A DNA stretch of 42,419 nucleotides, from contig JBMFRX010000012.1 of NCBI GenBank assembly GCA_049967855.1, positions 1 to 42,419 on the forward strand. The letters run 5' to 3'. Shown one piece after another: positions 1 to 9,771 of this stretch (position 1 is the stretch's first letter; every line of letters starts with the position of its first letter). This stretch comes from Caldisericaceae bacterium. Lineage in GTDB: Bacteria; Caldisericota; Caldisericia; Caldisericales; Caldisericaceae. Both the position numbers and the translations under genes were made by a program. The notes below the pieces were generated by a model, which was not told the origin of the DNA, did no database searches, and worked only from the letters and a program-made list of their open reading frames with translations.

Positions 1-750
1 AGCGGGTATGATTTCTTCGGTATGAGGGATTGGTTTCATTTTCTCGTCCACCTGCACCGCCTCGATTGCTTCAACGCGGTTATTGCCTATGATGCGGTTC
101 ACCGTGTGCCCAAGCTGCAATGGAATGTCAAAATCCTTGAGGCACTGCACATAATTGCGGGTTAACCCTGTCAAGAAAGGCATTATCTCAAGAACGCGCT
201 CTATGTGGGCTCCCTCAAGTGTCAACCTCCGAGCCATTATCATTCCTATATCTCCTGAACCCAATATGACAAAATTTTTCCCAGGCATATAGCCTTCAAC
301 ATTTACAAATCGCTGCGCAGTGCCTGCAGTGTAAACGCCAGACGGACGCGAGCCTGGAGTCCTTATCTGGGAACGGGTTCGCTCACGGGCACCCATCGCA
401 AGAACTACTGCTCGAGCATCAAGCTCAACAAAGCCGCTCCATTTACTTGTGGCAAATATATGCTTCAAAGGTGTCACTTCAAGAACCATCGCATCAACAA
501 GAAACTCTATCCCAAGAGACGCCGCTTCTTCAACGAAACGCTGAGCATATTTCGGTCCGGGAAGGTCTTCTTTAAAAATCTCTGCTCCAAAACCATTATG
601 TATGCACTGCAAAAGAATTCCGCCAGGTTCTCTGTCTCTTTCGATGATGAGCACGTCTTCTGCGCCTGCTTTCTTGGCAGCAATTGCAGCTCCCAGCCCG
701 CCAGGTCCGCTTCCTATAACAACAACATCGTATTTATCTTTAAGTGCCAT
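1..750 (-). CDS. FAD/NAD(P)-dependent pyridine nucleotide-disulfide oxidoreductase, partner subunit of the adjacent glycerol-3-phosphate dehydrogenase (3' end runs off the window)
   Basis: Not in the ORF track. Manual translation from ATG at 750 gives MALKDKYDVVVIGSGPGGLGAAIAAKKAG...ERDRELGGILLQCIHNGFG...AMGARER...GSGDIGMIMARRLTLEGA, open to position 1. Two Rossmann motifs. Starts 1 nt after the upstream stop. Confidence 0.85.
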   Translation of the reverse strand, partial: MALKDKYDVVVIGSGPGGLGAAIAAKKAGAEDVLIIERDREPGGILLQCIHNGFGAEIFKEDLPGPKYAQRFVEEAASLGIEFLVDAMVLEVTPLKHIFATSKWSGFVELDARAVVLAMGARERTRSQIRTPGSRPSGVYTAGTAQRFVNVEGYMPGKNFVILGSGDIGMIMARRLTLEGAHIERVLEIMPFLTGLTRNYVQCLKDFDIPLQLGHTVNRIIGNNRVEAIEAVQVDEKMKPIPHTEEIIPA

Positions 751-751
751 T

Positions 752-2233
752 TTATGCCTCTTTGGTTTTCCGCAAAAGGAATTCTGAGCCAGAACCTTTT
801 TTTGTAACCTTCTCTGGAGGAATTCCCAATTCTCTTGACAGAATATCCACCACACGAGGAGTATCAAAGGAACCCTGGCAACGGCCAGTTCCAAGCCAGG
901 TCCTGCGTTTGATTGCATCATAGGTTGTAGCAGGAATTGGTGAATGGATTTCAGCAATTATCTCTCCTTCAGTTACGTTTTCGCACCTGCAAACAATTCT
1001 GCCGTAACGAGAATCATTCTGGATAAGTATCTTTTGCTCGTCAACTGAAAGCTCTCTGAAACGAGGACGAGCAGGCCTGATTGGATTAAAGGCAGGTTTT
1101 TCTTTCAACGCTTCACCACGGTCTTTAAGCAGGTCAACAACCATCTGAGCAATGGCAGGAGAAGCCGCCAGTCCTGGAGATTCAATACCTCCAAGGTTCA
1201 CAAAACCTTCCACTTCGTCGGGGATTTCTATCACGTAATCATTTGCATAATCTATGTTGGGATTTTTTGAACGCGCATTGCCGCCTGCTCTAAGCCCTGC
1301 AAAGAGTGCTATGGAATAACGCAAATTCAGCTTTGGAATTAGCTTAAGCGCCCCCTGCCAGATTTCTGAAAGACCTTCATCGGTTACTGAACGGTCTTCC
1401 TTGTCTCTGATATTCTTTGCATTTGGCCCGATTATCGTGTTTCCGTGAGTGGTGGTTGTAACCATAATCCCTTTGCTTATCTCATTTGGCACAGGGAAAA
1501 GCACGTTGTTCACGGCAATATCTGCTTTATCAAAAACAATGTATTCGCCTTTTCTTGGAGTTATCACAAAATCGTTGCGCACTCCTGCCTTATGCATCAC
1601 TTCATCTGAATAGAGGCCAGCCGCATTGATTACCCAGCGTGAGTAAAATTCTCCGCGGTTTGTTTTTATGCCGACAATCTTTCTCCCTTCAATAATGAAA
1701 TCTTCGAAGGCAGTATCCAGCATAAGCTTTGCTCCATTCATCACTGCATTTTCCGCTGCTGCAAAATTAGCGGCAAAAGGGTCTGCAATGCCGCCCGTTT
1801 GCGCCCACAACGCACCGCTCACCTCAGGGTTTATATCGGGCTCTCTACGCCGCATCTCATCACCTGACACGAGCATCAAACCAGGCACCCCATTTTGCTT
1901 GCCCCTATCCATTAGGTTAGAAAGCTCTGGCAACTCTCCTGCTCCAATAGCAACTACATAGTCTCCACGCCTTTCAAACGGAATATTGAGCTCGCTTGCA
2001 ATGGTGTCCCACATCTTGTTGCCCTTAATGTTTACCTCGGCTTTGAGAGTGCCAGGCAAAGGGTCATATCCTGCGTGAATTATCGCAGTGTTGGCGGCAG
2101 TAGTGCCCATACAGATATCAGATTCCTTTTCAACCAGAAGAATTTGAAGCTCGTATCGAGACAAAAACCGCGCTATCATAGAGCCGATGATTCCTGCTCC
2201 TATAATTATCACATCATAATTTCTGTTTTCCAT
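752..2233 (-). CDS. Glycerol-3-phosphate dehydrogenase flavoprotein subunit (GlpA/LhgO-like) with C-terminal BFD-like [2Fe-2S] domain
   Basis: N-terminal GAGIIG FAD motif, HAGYD, GIESPGL, C-terminal CRCE...GRCQG. Directly downstream of glpK. Confidence 0.8.
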   Translation of the reverse strand: MENRNYDVIIIGAGIIGSMIARFLSRYELQILLVEKESDICMGTTAANTAIIHAGYDPLPGTLKAEVNIKGNKMWDTIASELNIPFERRGDYVVAIGAGELPELSNLMDRGKQNGVPGLMLVSGDEMRRREPDINPEVSGALWAQTGGIADPFAANFAAAENAVMNGAKLMLDTAFEDFIIEGRKIVGIKTNRGEFYSRWVINAAGLYSDEVMHKAGVRNDFVITPRKGEYIVFDKADIAVNNVLFPVPNEISKGIMVTTTTHGNTIIGPNAKNIRDKEDRSVTDEGLSEIWQGALKLIPKLNLRYSIALFAGLRAGGNARSKNPNIDYANDYVIEIPDEVEGFVNLGGIESPGLAASPAIAQMVVDLLKDRGEALKEKPAFNPIRPARPRFRELSVDEQKILIQNDSRYGRIVCRCENVTEGEIIAEIHSPIPATTYDAIKRRTWLGTGRCQGSFDTPRVVDILSRELGIPPEKVTKKGSGSEFLLRKTKEA

Positions 2234-2244
2234 AGTTCTCCTTG

Positions 2245-3759
2245 TTACTCAGCCCAGCCAAACGTGCGTTCGACTGCCCTAAGCCACTTTGCATAAAGCT
2301 TGCTTCGCCTTTCTTCGCTCATTCCTGAATGCCAGACCTTATCAATATGCCAGTTGCTGCGCAAGTCATCTTTGCCATCCCAAAAACGAACGGCAAGTCC
2401 TGAGGCATATGCAGCTCCTAATGCTGTGGTTTCGGCAACTTTTGGACGGACCACGTCAACCCCAAGAATGTCCGATTGAAATTGCATAAGCAGTTCATTG
2501 GCAACCATTCCTCCATCAACCTTGAGCCTCGAGAGCTTTATCAGCGAATCCTTCTCCATTGCTTCTAAAATCTCTTTGGTCTGAAAAGCTGTTGATTCGA
2601 GGGCAGCACGGGCAATATGCCCCTTATTTGAAAACCTTGTAAGCCCCACTATGGCGCCACGGGCATCGCTCCTCCAATACGGAGCAAACAACCCAGAAAA
2701 AGCAGGCACAAAATAGACATCCCCGTTATCTTGAACGCTTGAGGCAAGAACCTCTATATCGCTTGATTTTTCTATTAAGCCAAGATTGTCCCTCAGCCAC
2801 TGAACCAGGGCTCCTGTTATTGCAATTGAACCCTCCAGGGCATAAACAGCATCTTCCCTGCCAAACTTGTAGCCAAGAGTAGTGAGAAGCCCGCTCTTGC
2901 TTTTGACTGGCTTTGTTCCTGTGTTCAGCAGCATAAAACAACCAGTGCCATAGGTGTTTTTTGCCTCGCCTGCATCAAAGCACGTCTGGCCGACGAGGGC
3001 AGCTTGCTGGTCTCCAAGATCGCCTGCAATTGGGATAATCTCACCAAAGGGACCATCCTTAGAAGTTGCTCCGTAAAGCTCTGCGTCACTTGACGGACGA
3101 ATTTCGGGAAGCATCTGGCGCGGGATGCCCATAATTTTGAGAATTTCTTCATCCCAGTCGAGGGTGTTGAGATTCATAAGCATTGTTCTGCTTGCATTGG
3201 TTACATCAGTAATATGCCTGCCGCCATTCGGACCACCAGTAAGCCACCAGATAATCCAGCTGTCAATATTTCCAAAGATAGCTTTTCCTTTTTCTGCATC
3301 GTCTCTTGCAGTAGGCACATTATCAAGAATCCACTTTATTTTTGGACCAGAAAAATACGTTGAAAGAGGCAAACCAACATCATCTCTGAAACGGTCTTGC
3401 CCTCCATCTTGCGAGAGCTTATCAACGATTTCCTTTGTTCGGGTGCACTGCCAGACTATAGCATTCATATATGGCTTGCCTGTCGTTCTATCCCACACAA
3501 CAGTAGTTTCTCGCTGATTGGTTATGCCAATGGAAGCAATCTCGTGAGCATTGATATTCTTCTTTGCGATAGCATTTCGTATCACTTTCTGCGTATTTTT
3601 CCAAATCTCAATTGGGTTATGTTCCACCCAGCCTGGTTTTGGATAAATCTGTTTGTGCTCAATCTGGTCTAAACTTACTATTTCTCCAGAATGGTCAAAC
3701 AGGATAAAGCGAGTGCTTGTCGTTCCCTGATCCAGGGCTCCTACGTATTTCTTTTCCAT
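2245..3759 (-). CDS. glpK: Glycerol kinase
   Basis: [38 protein letters not shown] and [11 protein letters not shown] motifs. Confidence 0.97.
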   Translation of the reverse strand: MEKKYVGALDQGTTSTRFILFDHSGEIVSLDQIEHKQIYPKPGWVEHNPIEIWKNTQKVIRNAIAKKNINAHEIASIGITNQRETTVVWDRTTGKPYMNAIVWQCTRTKEIVDKLSQDGGQDRFRDDVGLPLSTYFSGPKIKWILDNVPTARDDAEKGKAIFGNIDSWIIWWLTGGPNGGRHITDVTNASRTMLMNLNTLDWDEEILKIMGIPRQMLPEIRPSSDAELYGATSKDGPFGEIIPIAGDLGDQQAALVGQTCFDAGEAKNTYGTGCFMLLNTGTKPVKSKSGLLTTLGYKFGREDAVYALEGSIAITGALVQWLRDNLGLIEKSSDIEVLASSVQDNGDVYFVPAFSGLFAPYWRSDARGAIVGLTRFSNKGHIARAALESTAFQTKEILEAMEKDSLIKLSRLKVDGGMVANELLMQFQSDILGVDVVRPKVAETTALGAAYASGLAVRFWDGKDDLRSNWHIDKVWHSGMSEERRSKLYAKWLRAVERTFGWAE

Positions 3760-3814
3760 CAGATGACCGCCTTCTTATATAAAATAGATTAGAATAAGCT
3801 CAATTAAAACAAAA

Positions 3815-4894
3815 TCACTGCAACAAATGCCTCAACACCAAAACATTTTCTGATGAAAAGTAAATTGCAGCTTTATCTCCCTCTTTTGGCAAAATCAAGC
3901 GAGGATTGTTGAAAGTGTCGCAGGATACAACAGACTTTCCAATGGACAGCTGAACCCTAACAACAGAGCCAAGAAGAGTAACTCTTACGACAGTCCCTAC
4001 AAGACGATTGTCGCATTTTTCATCGGGAGTGATAGAGAACATTTCAGGGCGCACTGCCACTGTGACAACTCCCTTCTCGTTTTCTTCGGGAAGTTCTTCT
4101 GCAACTTTAAACGTCTGTCCTTCAACTTCAAGAGTCTGTGATGCTCGGTCTGCAACATTTGCTTCGATAAAATTGAGAGTACCTACGAAAGATGCAACAA
4201 AATGCGTTTTCGGAGAATTGTAAATCTCAGATGGAGTGCCAACTTGCTCTATTAACCCTTTACTCATAACCACAATCCTATCTGACATTGTAAGGGCTTC
4301 CTCCTGGTCGTGAGTTACATAAATCGTCGTTATCTGAAGTTTCTGCTGAATAAGACGAATCTCGTTTCGAAGCTCTGCTCGTATCTTTGCGTCAAGTGCA
4401 GAGAGCGGCTCGTCAAGCAAAAGCACAGTTGGGTAAATAGCAAGAGCTCGTGCAAGTGCAACTCGTTGCTGCTGTCCACCAGAAAGCTGACTTGGATAAC
4501 GAGTGGCAAATTCAGTCAGGTGAATGAGGTTAAGCATTTCTTGAACTCTCTGTTCAATTTCTTTGGCGCTTTTTCGTGCAACTTTTAATCCAAAAGCTAT
4601 ATTATCGCTTACGGTCATATTTGGAAATAGAGCATAAGACTGAAAAACCATTCCAACTTTTCTCTGGTTCGGCGGCTTATTTGAAACTTCCACGCCGTTT
4701 ATTAAGATTTGCCCAGAAGTAGGCATTTCAAAACCTGCAATCATCCTCAATGTGGTTGTTTTACCACAGCCAGATGGACCAAGCAAAGACACAAATTCAC
4801 CTTTCTCAACACTTAGATTGAAGTTCTGCACAGCCAACAATGAATTATCCTTCCCAAAAGACTTTGTAATATTAATCAGTTCAAGAAATCCCAT
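3815..4894 (-). CDS. ABC transporter ATP-binding protein (PotA/AfuC-like, with C-terminal TOBE domain)
   Basis: Walker A GPSGCGKTT, LSGGQQQR, LLLDEPLSALD, VTHDQEEA. Start moved to ATG 4894, which follows a GGAGG Shine-Dalgarno (SD); the ORF track starts at 4906. Confidence 0.92.
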   Translation of the reverse strand: MGFLELINITKSFGKDNSLLAVQNFNLSVEKGEFVSLLGPSGCGKTTTLRMIAGFEMPTSGQILINGVEVSNKPPNQRKVGMVFQSYALFPNMTVSDNIAFGLKVARKSAKEIEQRVQEMLNLIHLTEFATRYPSQLSGGQQQRVALARALAIYPTVLLLDEPLSALDAKIRAELRNEIRLIQQKLQITTIYVTHDQEEALTMSDRIVVMSKGLIEQVGTPSEIYNSPKTHFVASFVGTLNFIEANVADRASQTLEVEGQTFKVAEELPEENEKGVVTVAVRPEMFSITPDEKCDNRLVGTVVRVTLLGSVVRVQLSIGKSVVSCDTFNNPRLILPKEGDKAAIYFSSENVLVLRHLLQ

Positions 4895-4908
4895 TTTTTC
4901 CTCCAAAT

Positions 4909-5697
4909 TTAGTGTATTCCTCCAATTTGCTCTTGCTGCGGAACCTTAGACGTGCGTCCAAACAACTGAATGAGTCCCATTGCCGCCCACGTGAGAGCAA
5001 AGCTTAGAATAGCAAGTGCTGCAGGTTCGTATGCCCTGTTTTGTCCAAGAAGTGCCATATAAGGACCAAAAGCAGGCCAGGCAAGCATCGACGCCATAGT
5101 AAGTTCGCCTATAACAATAGCAAAGGTAAGGAAAGTGCCGCTCAACAAAGAAACAGTAAGGTTGGGGAAGATAACATGTACAAGCGTTGTTATCCAACTT
5201 GCTCCCAGGCTCTCTGAAGCTTCGGTAAGCTTCCGCACATCCATTGCCCTCAATCCATTATCAACAGAACGATACATATAAGGCAGGGACAGCACTACAT
5301 ATCCCATAACAAGCAACAGTGGAGTGCGAGTTAGCTGAAGTGGCTGCTTGCTGTACATTCTTATCAAACCAAACACAAGAACGATTGGAGGTACGACAAA
5401 AGGCATTTGCGTGATGAATTCAACCGTCGGACGAATCCTGGGCAATTTAAGATAAATCCAGTATGCAGTTGGCACAACTATTACGATGCTAAAAATAATT
5501 GTGAGCACGGCCATTTCAGTAGAAAAACTGAACGTCCTAACAAAGGCGGGGTCTCCCATAGCCGATTTATAAGCGGCAAAACTGAGGACTCCCTTTTTCA
5601 TTTTTAGAGAAAAAACAAAAGTAGCCACAAGCGGCGCGAAGAAATAAACAATTCCTAAGAATATCCAAAGCCACGACCAGAACCTGCTCCTCTTCAT
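4909..5697 (-). CDS. ABC transporter permease (PotC-like)
   Basis: Multiple TM segments and EAA loop (EASESLGAS). ATG at 5697 overlaps the upstream TGA (ATGA). Confidence 0.9.
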   Translation of the reverse strand: MKRSRFWSWLWIFLGIVYFFAPLVATFVFSLKMKKGVLSFAAYKSAMGDPAFVRTFSFSTEMAVLTIIFSIVIVVPTAYWIYLKLPRIRPTVEFITQMPFVVPPIVLVFGLIRMYSKQPLQLTRTPLLLVMGYVVLSLPYMYRSVDNGLRAMDVRKLTEASESLGASWITTLVHVIFPNLTVSLLSGTFLTFAIVIGELTMASMLAWPAFGPYMALLGQNRAYEPAALAILSFALTWAAMGLIQLFGRTSKVPQQEQIGGIH

Positions 5698-6590
5698 TGT
5701 AACCACCTCGCAGATTTACGCTGCAACAAATTATAAGCAAATATCGTTACGCCCATTATCACAACCATTCCAAAAGCAAGCGCATATCCCAGACCAACGT
5801 TGTGGAGTATATCTCCACGAATTTCTGCTCCAATCATAATCGGTACGAGATTCAGCGAACCTCCCGTGAGTGCATACGCAGTAGCATAAGCGCCAAAGGC
5901 GTTTCCAAAAAGAAGCACGGTACTTGCCAAAAGAGAAGGCAAAAGAATTGGGAAACCGATATATCTCCAGTACTGCCAATTTGTTGCGCCAAGGTTTTCT
6001 GAAGCTTCGCGCCATTCCCTCTTCAACCCCTGAAGAGACGGAGTAATTAAAAGCACCATAAGCGGGAATTGGAAGTAAAGGTAAACAAGGCACAATCCTG
6101 AGAAGCTGTACAAATTGAACCCCATATCGTAGAGGCTTATCCCAAGAAACTGTTGCAATAGCACCGTAACAAGGCCAACTCTTCCAAGAGTGGATATAAA
6201 AGCAAATGAAAGAGGGACTCCAGCAAAGTTAGAGGCAACACCGCTAAAAGTATTCAGGAAAGTCTGAACGCCCTTCGGCAACCCTCCTAATGTGACAGAA
6301 TAAGCAAGCAAGAAGCCAAAAAGCGAACCAATTACCGCAGTAAATAAGCTCACCTTGATGCTAAGCCCGTATGCGTTCAAAATGTATGGACTGAATAAAT
6401 CCCTGATATTCTGGAAGGTAAAGTGCCCTGCTGCATCCTGAAAAGTTGAAACAAAAATGGACACTGTCGGAAGAATCAGAAAGGCAAGAGCAAACAGAAA
6501 AAAGGGTAACACTCCAAGCCAATTCAAAACATTATTTTTAGCAGTGGGACGCACTTTTCGTGCGTCCCCTTGAAGTTCCTTAGAAGGCAT
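5694..6590 (-). CDS. ABC transporter permease (PotB-like)
   Basis: Hydrophobic, with EAA loop EASENLGAT. Confidence 0.9.
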   Translation of the reverse strand: MPSKELQGDARKVRPTAKNNVLNWLGVLPFFLFALAFLILPTVSIFVSTFQDAAGHFTFQNIRDLFSPYILNAYGLSIKVSLFTAVIGSLFGFLLAYSVTLGGLPKGVQTFLNTFSGVASNFAGVPLSFAFISTLGRVGLVTVLLQQFLGISLYDMGFNLYSFSGLCLVYLYFQFPLMVLLITPSLQGLKREWREASENLGATNWQYWRYIGFPILLPSLLASTVLLFGNAFGAYATAYALTGGSLNLVPIMIGAEIRGDILHNVGLGYALAFGMVVIMGVTIFAYNLLQRKSARWLQ

Positions 6591-6596
6591 TACTAC

Positions 6597-7730
6597 CTAT
6601 TTCACGTTGACATTAACAACCTTGTCCCAATTGTCAGCGATATACTTCTTTGAAGCAGTCAGCTGTTCGATTGTTGGGAAGATCGCCTTTGCATACAAAT
6701 CAGCAGAAGGAAGTTTTGCAGCAAGGTCTTGTGGGATGACATTTCTTGCAGCAAGGTCGTTGTAACGGATTGGGTGAACATAACCCTTGAGCCAAATTAA
6801 TTGTCCTTGATCAGAATAGAGGAACTCCATCCAGAGTTTGGCAGCATTTGGATGAGGTGCATAAGCACTGATTGCCTGTATATAAACACCTGCAACAACA
6901 CCGCTCTTAGGTATCACGACTGAGATTTGCGGATTTCCATTGAGTGAATCACGGTCTGCAAGAGCAAGATAGTCCCACATCATAGCAATTGGGGTTTCGC
7001 CGCTCGCTATTGTTCCTGGCTTTGCAATAACTGGAACAAAATTCCCAACCTTATTCAGATTATTAAAATAATCAAGTCCTGGCTTTACATTGTCAAAAGA
7101 TCCACCGTTAGCAATTGCTGCGGAAGCAACAGCCATTTCAGCCATAGCAGACGTACGAGGGTCTCCACCAAGAGCAACTTTGCCCTTATACTCAGATTTC
7201 AAAAGGTCAGACCAATCAGAAGGCAGGCCTTTTATGACATTTGCATTGATTTCAAACGCAAGTACTCCATAATAATCTCCATACCAGTAACCGTCAGCAT
7301 CTTTTACATCGGCAGGTATTGTGTCCCAGGTAGAAACCTTGTACGGCTGAATTAAGCCATCGGCTTTTGCCTGAGGACCCCAGGAGAGCCCTACATCAAT
7401 AACATCAGGCGCTTGCGGGCCTGTGTTACCTTTGTTTGCTTTTATTGCTTCGATTTCATCACCTGATCCGGCATTCGGGTCAAGTTCATTCACTTTGATA
7501 CCATACTTTGTAGAGAAAGTCGATATCATTTCCCCATAGTTTGCCCAGTCATGCGGTAGAGCAATTACTGTAAGTTGTCCCTCGGCCTGAGCTGCCTTAA
7601 TCAAAGCATCCATTTGAGCATTACCAGTAGAAGTTGACGTGCCGGTATTGCTCGTCTTCTGTGCACAACCAGCCATAGTCATGCTGAAGAAAACCACTAG
7701 AGCCACTAAAACATACAAGCTCTTTTTCAT
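6597..7730 (-). CDS. ABC transporter substrate-binding lipoprotein (PotD/AfuA-like superfamily)
   Basis: Signal peptide with lipobox MAGC, Ser/Thr linker, APHPNAAKLW motif. First gene of the ABC cassette; SD GGAGG. Confidence 0.88.
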   Translation of the reverse strand: MKKSLYVLVALVVFFSMTMAGCAQKTSNTGTSTSTGNAQMDALIKAAQAEGQLTVIALPHDWANYGEMISTFSTKYGIKVNELDPNAGSGDEIEAIKANKGNTGPQAPDVIDVGLSWGPQAKADGLIQPYKVSTWDTIPADVKDADGYWYGDYYGVLAFEINANVIKGLPSDWSDLLKSEYKGKVALGGDPRTSAMAEMAVASAAIANGGSFDNVKPGLDYFNNLNKVGNFVPVIAKPGTIASGETPIAMMWDYLALADRDSLNGNPQISVVIPKSGVVAGVYIQAISAYAPHPNAAKLWMEFLYSDQGQLIWLKGYVHPIRYNDLAARNVIPQDLAAKLPSADLYAKAIFPTIEQLTASKKYIADNWDKVVNVNVK

Positions 7731-7742
7731 ACATGCCTCCTT

Positions 7743-7772
7743 TTGTAGCTTACCTTAATGGTTTAGCTACAA
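7743..7772. promoter_or_regulatory. Inverted repeat immediately upstream of the substrate-binding protein ribosome-binding site (operator or 5'UTR hairpin)
   Basis: TTGTAGCT (7743-7750) and AGCTACAA (7765-7772) are perfect inverted arms, with extra ACC/GGT pairing inside. Confidence 0.4.
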
Positions 7773-7876
7773 CTTGTTATATTTTACTACCAAATTATAC
7801 AACTTGCAAATTTAATTACTATAAAACATCCGTTAAAAACAAATAAGTAAATTGTTAAGAATCATAAATATTCAAA

Positions 7877-9766
7877 TCAAAAAAGGCCTTTTGTCCAGCC
7901 CAAACCAAGCTCGGCAAGTTTCTCAGTAGTTGGAATCCCCTGACTATCCCACCCTCTTGATTCATAATATTCATTGAGCATCAAATCATAATTGCTGATT
8001 GCACTTTCTGGAACCGAGGCATATTTCCCAAATTCTGGAATGTTCTTTACTCTTTGTGGCAATTGGTCATCTTTGGAAGTTATGCCCTCCCTTACATCAA
8101 ACACACGCTCAAGGTTATAAATTCTTTCACCGATTTTCAGAAGCTCTTTGCCATCGATATCCCATCCAGTGAGTGCTGATAACTCTTTAGCAAGGTCATC
8201 AGGAGTCAATCCTGCATAAACATAAAACTTGCATAAGCCTATAACGTCTGGAATAATTCCAAAATCGTGCAATATTTTGGAAGCTGTGCCTTTGCCTTTT
8301 TCCTCAAATCTATCAACATCGTTGGGATCTTTAAGCCCGTAAGGAATCAATCCAAAGTCAATTTTATAAGCATCATAAGCCATTCCTTCAATCGGATGGA
8401 TATGGCTCATACCGATATTGCCAACTCCATAAGTTAAAGCCAAAGCTTTCCCTGACCGTGGGTCATGCGCTGGGCCTTCCAGTCCTTTGACGCTCACGGC
8501 AAATTCTTCTGAACCTTTCCCAATGACTCTGGCAGCCCTTACCACGCCTTTTCCAAATAAATCTCCAATCCCGTCGCGTGAAACGATTCTATTGAGGAGT
8601 TCAACAGCTGAATCCATATTTCCCCAACTCATATCAAGGCCGTTCAGTTCTTCTTTTGAAAGAATGCCTTTCTCATAACACTCCATAGCAAATGCAATTA
8701 CCGCACCTGCTGAAATGGTGTCAAGCCCGTATTCGTTGCACAGATAAGTTGCATACACAGCAGCATCAATATCATCGTTCATAATGAAAGCAGTAAAAGC
8801 CGAAATGGATTCGTATTCTGTGCCTTCGTGCACTGGTGTTTTCCATTTTCCTGAATCAACCTTGGCTATCCTTCCGCAGAAAAGAATGCACCCTTTGTAG
8901 CAGGCATGAGGCCCTACAAGGTTATTCTTCTTAAATTTGTCGTAGAGCTCCTGCCCCTTGCCCCAGGAATTGGAATGCCAATTCTTTGTAGGCCAGTCAC
9001 CTGCATTATCGCATTTTCCCAGATCCCCTGTTGTTCCATCTGTTTTTAGCCCAAGGTTCCCAGGATTCCCAAGAAGTTTATTTACAGATTCAGTACATAC
9101 TGAGTGAAACTCATTTTCTCTGGCAACTTTGATTTTGCCAGTCCCTCTCACTGCAACGGCAAGCAAATTCTTAGAACCAAGCACTGCTCCTGCCCCTGTT
9201 CTACCCGCAGCACGAGAGCCATCGCCAAACATAACTGTTGAATACAAAACTCCTGCTTCGCCTGCAGGTCCGATTGTTGCAATTTCAAAATCGTTACCAA
9301 GTTCTTTTTTAAGTAAAAGCGTTTTCTCAGAGGTTGAAAGCCCAACCAGGTTTTTAGCACTTCTTAAGGATACATTGCCATTATCAATCGTAAGGTACAG
9401 TTGCTCGCTGCTCTTGCCCTCAATAATCAAGAGGTCGTATCCAGCCTTCTTAAGGCTTGGGCCCCAATCACTGCCTGCACGCGACTCCCCCCAGATGTCA
9501 GTAAGTGGCGACTTGAAGCATACGTCAACACTTCCAGAACCAGGGGCAAATGTTGCAGTAAGAGGACCAGTTGCAAAGATAATCTTGCTTTCTGCTGAGA
9601 GAGGTTCAATGCCTTTGGGTAGTTCATCAAAGAGAATCTTAGCTGCAAGCCCTGCCCCACCAAGATAGGTTCGGGCATCAATAGGGTTTAACTCCTCTGC
9701 AGAAATCTTCGAAGTTGTGAGATTCACTCTCAGGATTTTGCCAGCGTAACCAAAAAACGTGTCCAT
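7877..9766 (-). CDS. aor: Aldehyde:ferredoxin oxidoreductase (AOR/WOR family, tungstopterin)
   Basis: GYAGKILRVNL, KSPLT, GRTGAGAVLGSKNL, CxxxCxxxC, EYES, GLDTIS, DVIGLCKF, YYESRGWD. Start set at ATG 9766 after GTGGTG; the ORF track starts at 9778. Confidence 0.92.
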   Translation of the reverse strand: MDTFFGYAGKILRVNLTTSKISAEELNPIDARTYLGGAGLAAKILFDELPKGIEPLSAESKIIFATGPLTATFAPGSGSVDVCFKSPLTDIWGESRAGSDWGPSLKKAGYDLLIIEGKSSEQLYLTIDNGNVSLRSAKNLVGLSTSEKTLLLKKELGNDFEIATIGPAGEAGVLYSTVMFGDGSRAAGRTGAGAVLGSKNLLAVAVRGTGKIKVARENEFHSVCTESVNKLLGNPGNLGLKTDGTTGDLGKCDNAGDWPTKNWHSNSWGKGQELYDKFKKNNLVGPHACYKGCILFCGRIAKVDSGKWKTPVHEGTEYESISAFTAFIMNDDIDAAVYATYLCNEYGLDTISAGAVIAFAMECYEKGILSKEELNGLDMSWGNMDSAVELLNRIVSRDGIGDLFGKGVVRAARVIGKGSEEFAVSVKGLEGPAHDPRSGKALALTYGVGNIGMSHIHPIEGMAYDAYKIDFGLIPYGLKDPNDVDRFEEKGKGTASKILHDFGIIPDVIGLCKFYVYAGLTPDDLAKELSALTGWDIDGKELLKIGERIYNLERVFDVREGITSKDDQLPQRVKNIPEFGKYASVPESAISNYDLMLNEYYESRGWDSQGIPTTEKLAELGLGWTKGLF

Positions 9767-9771
9767 ACTAA

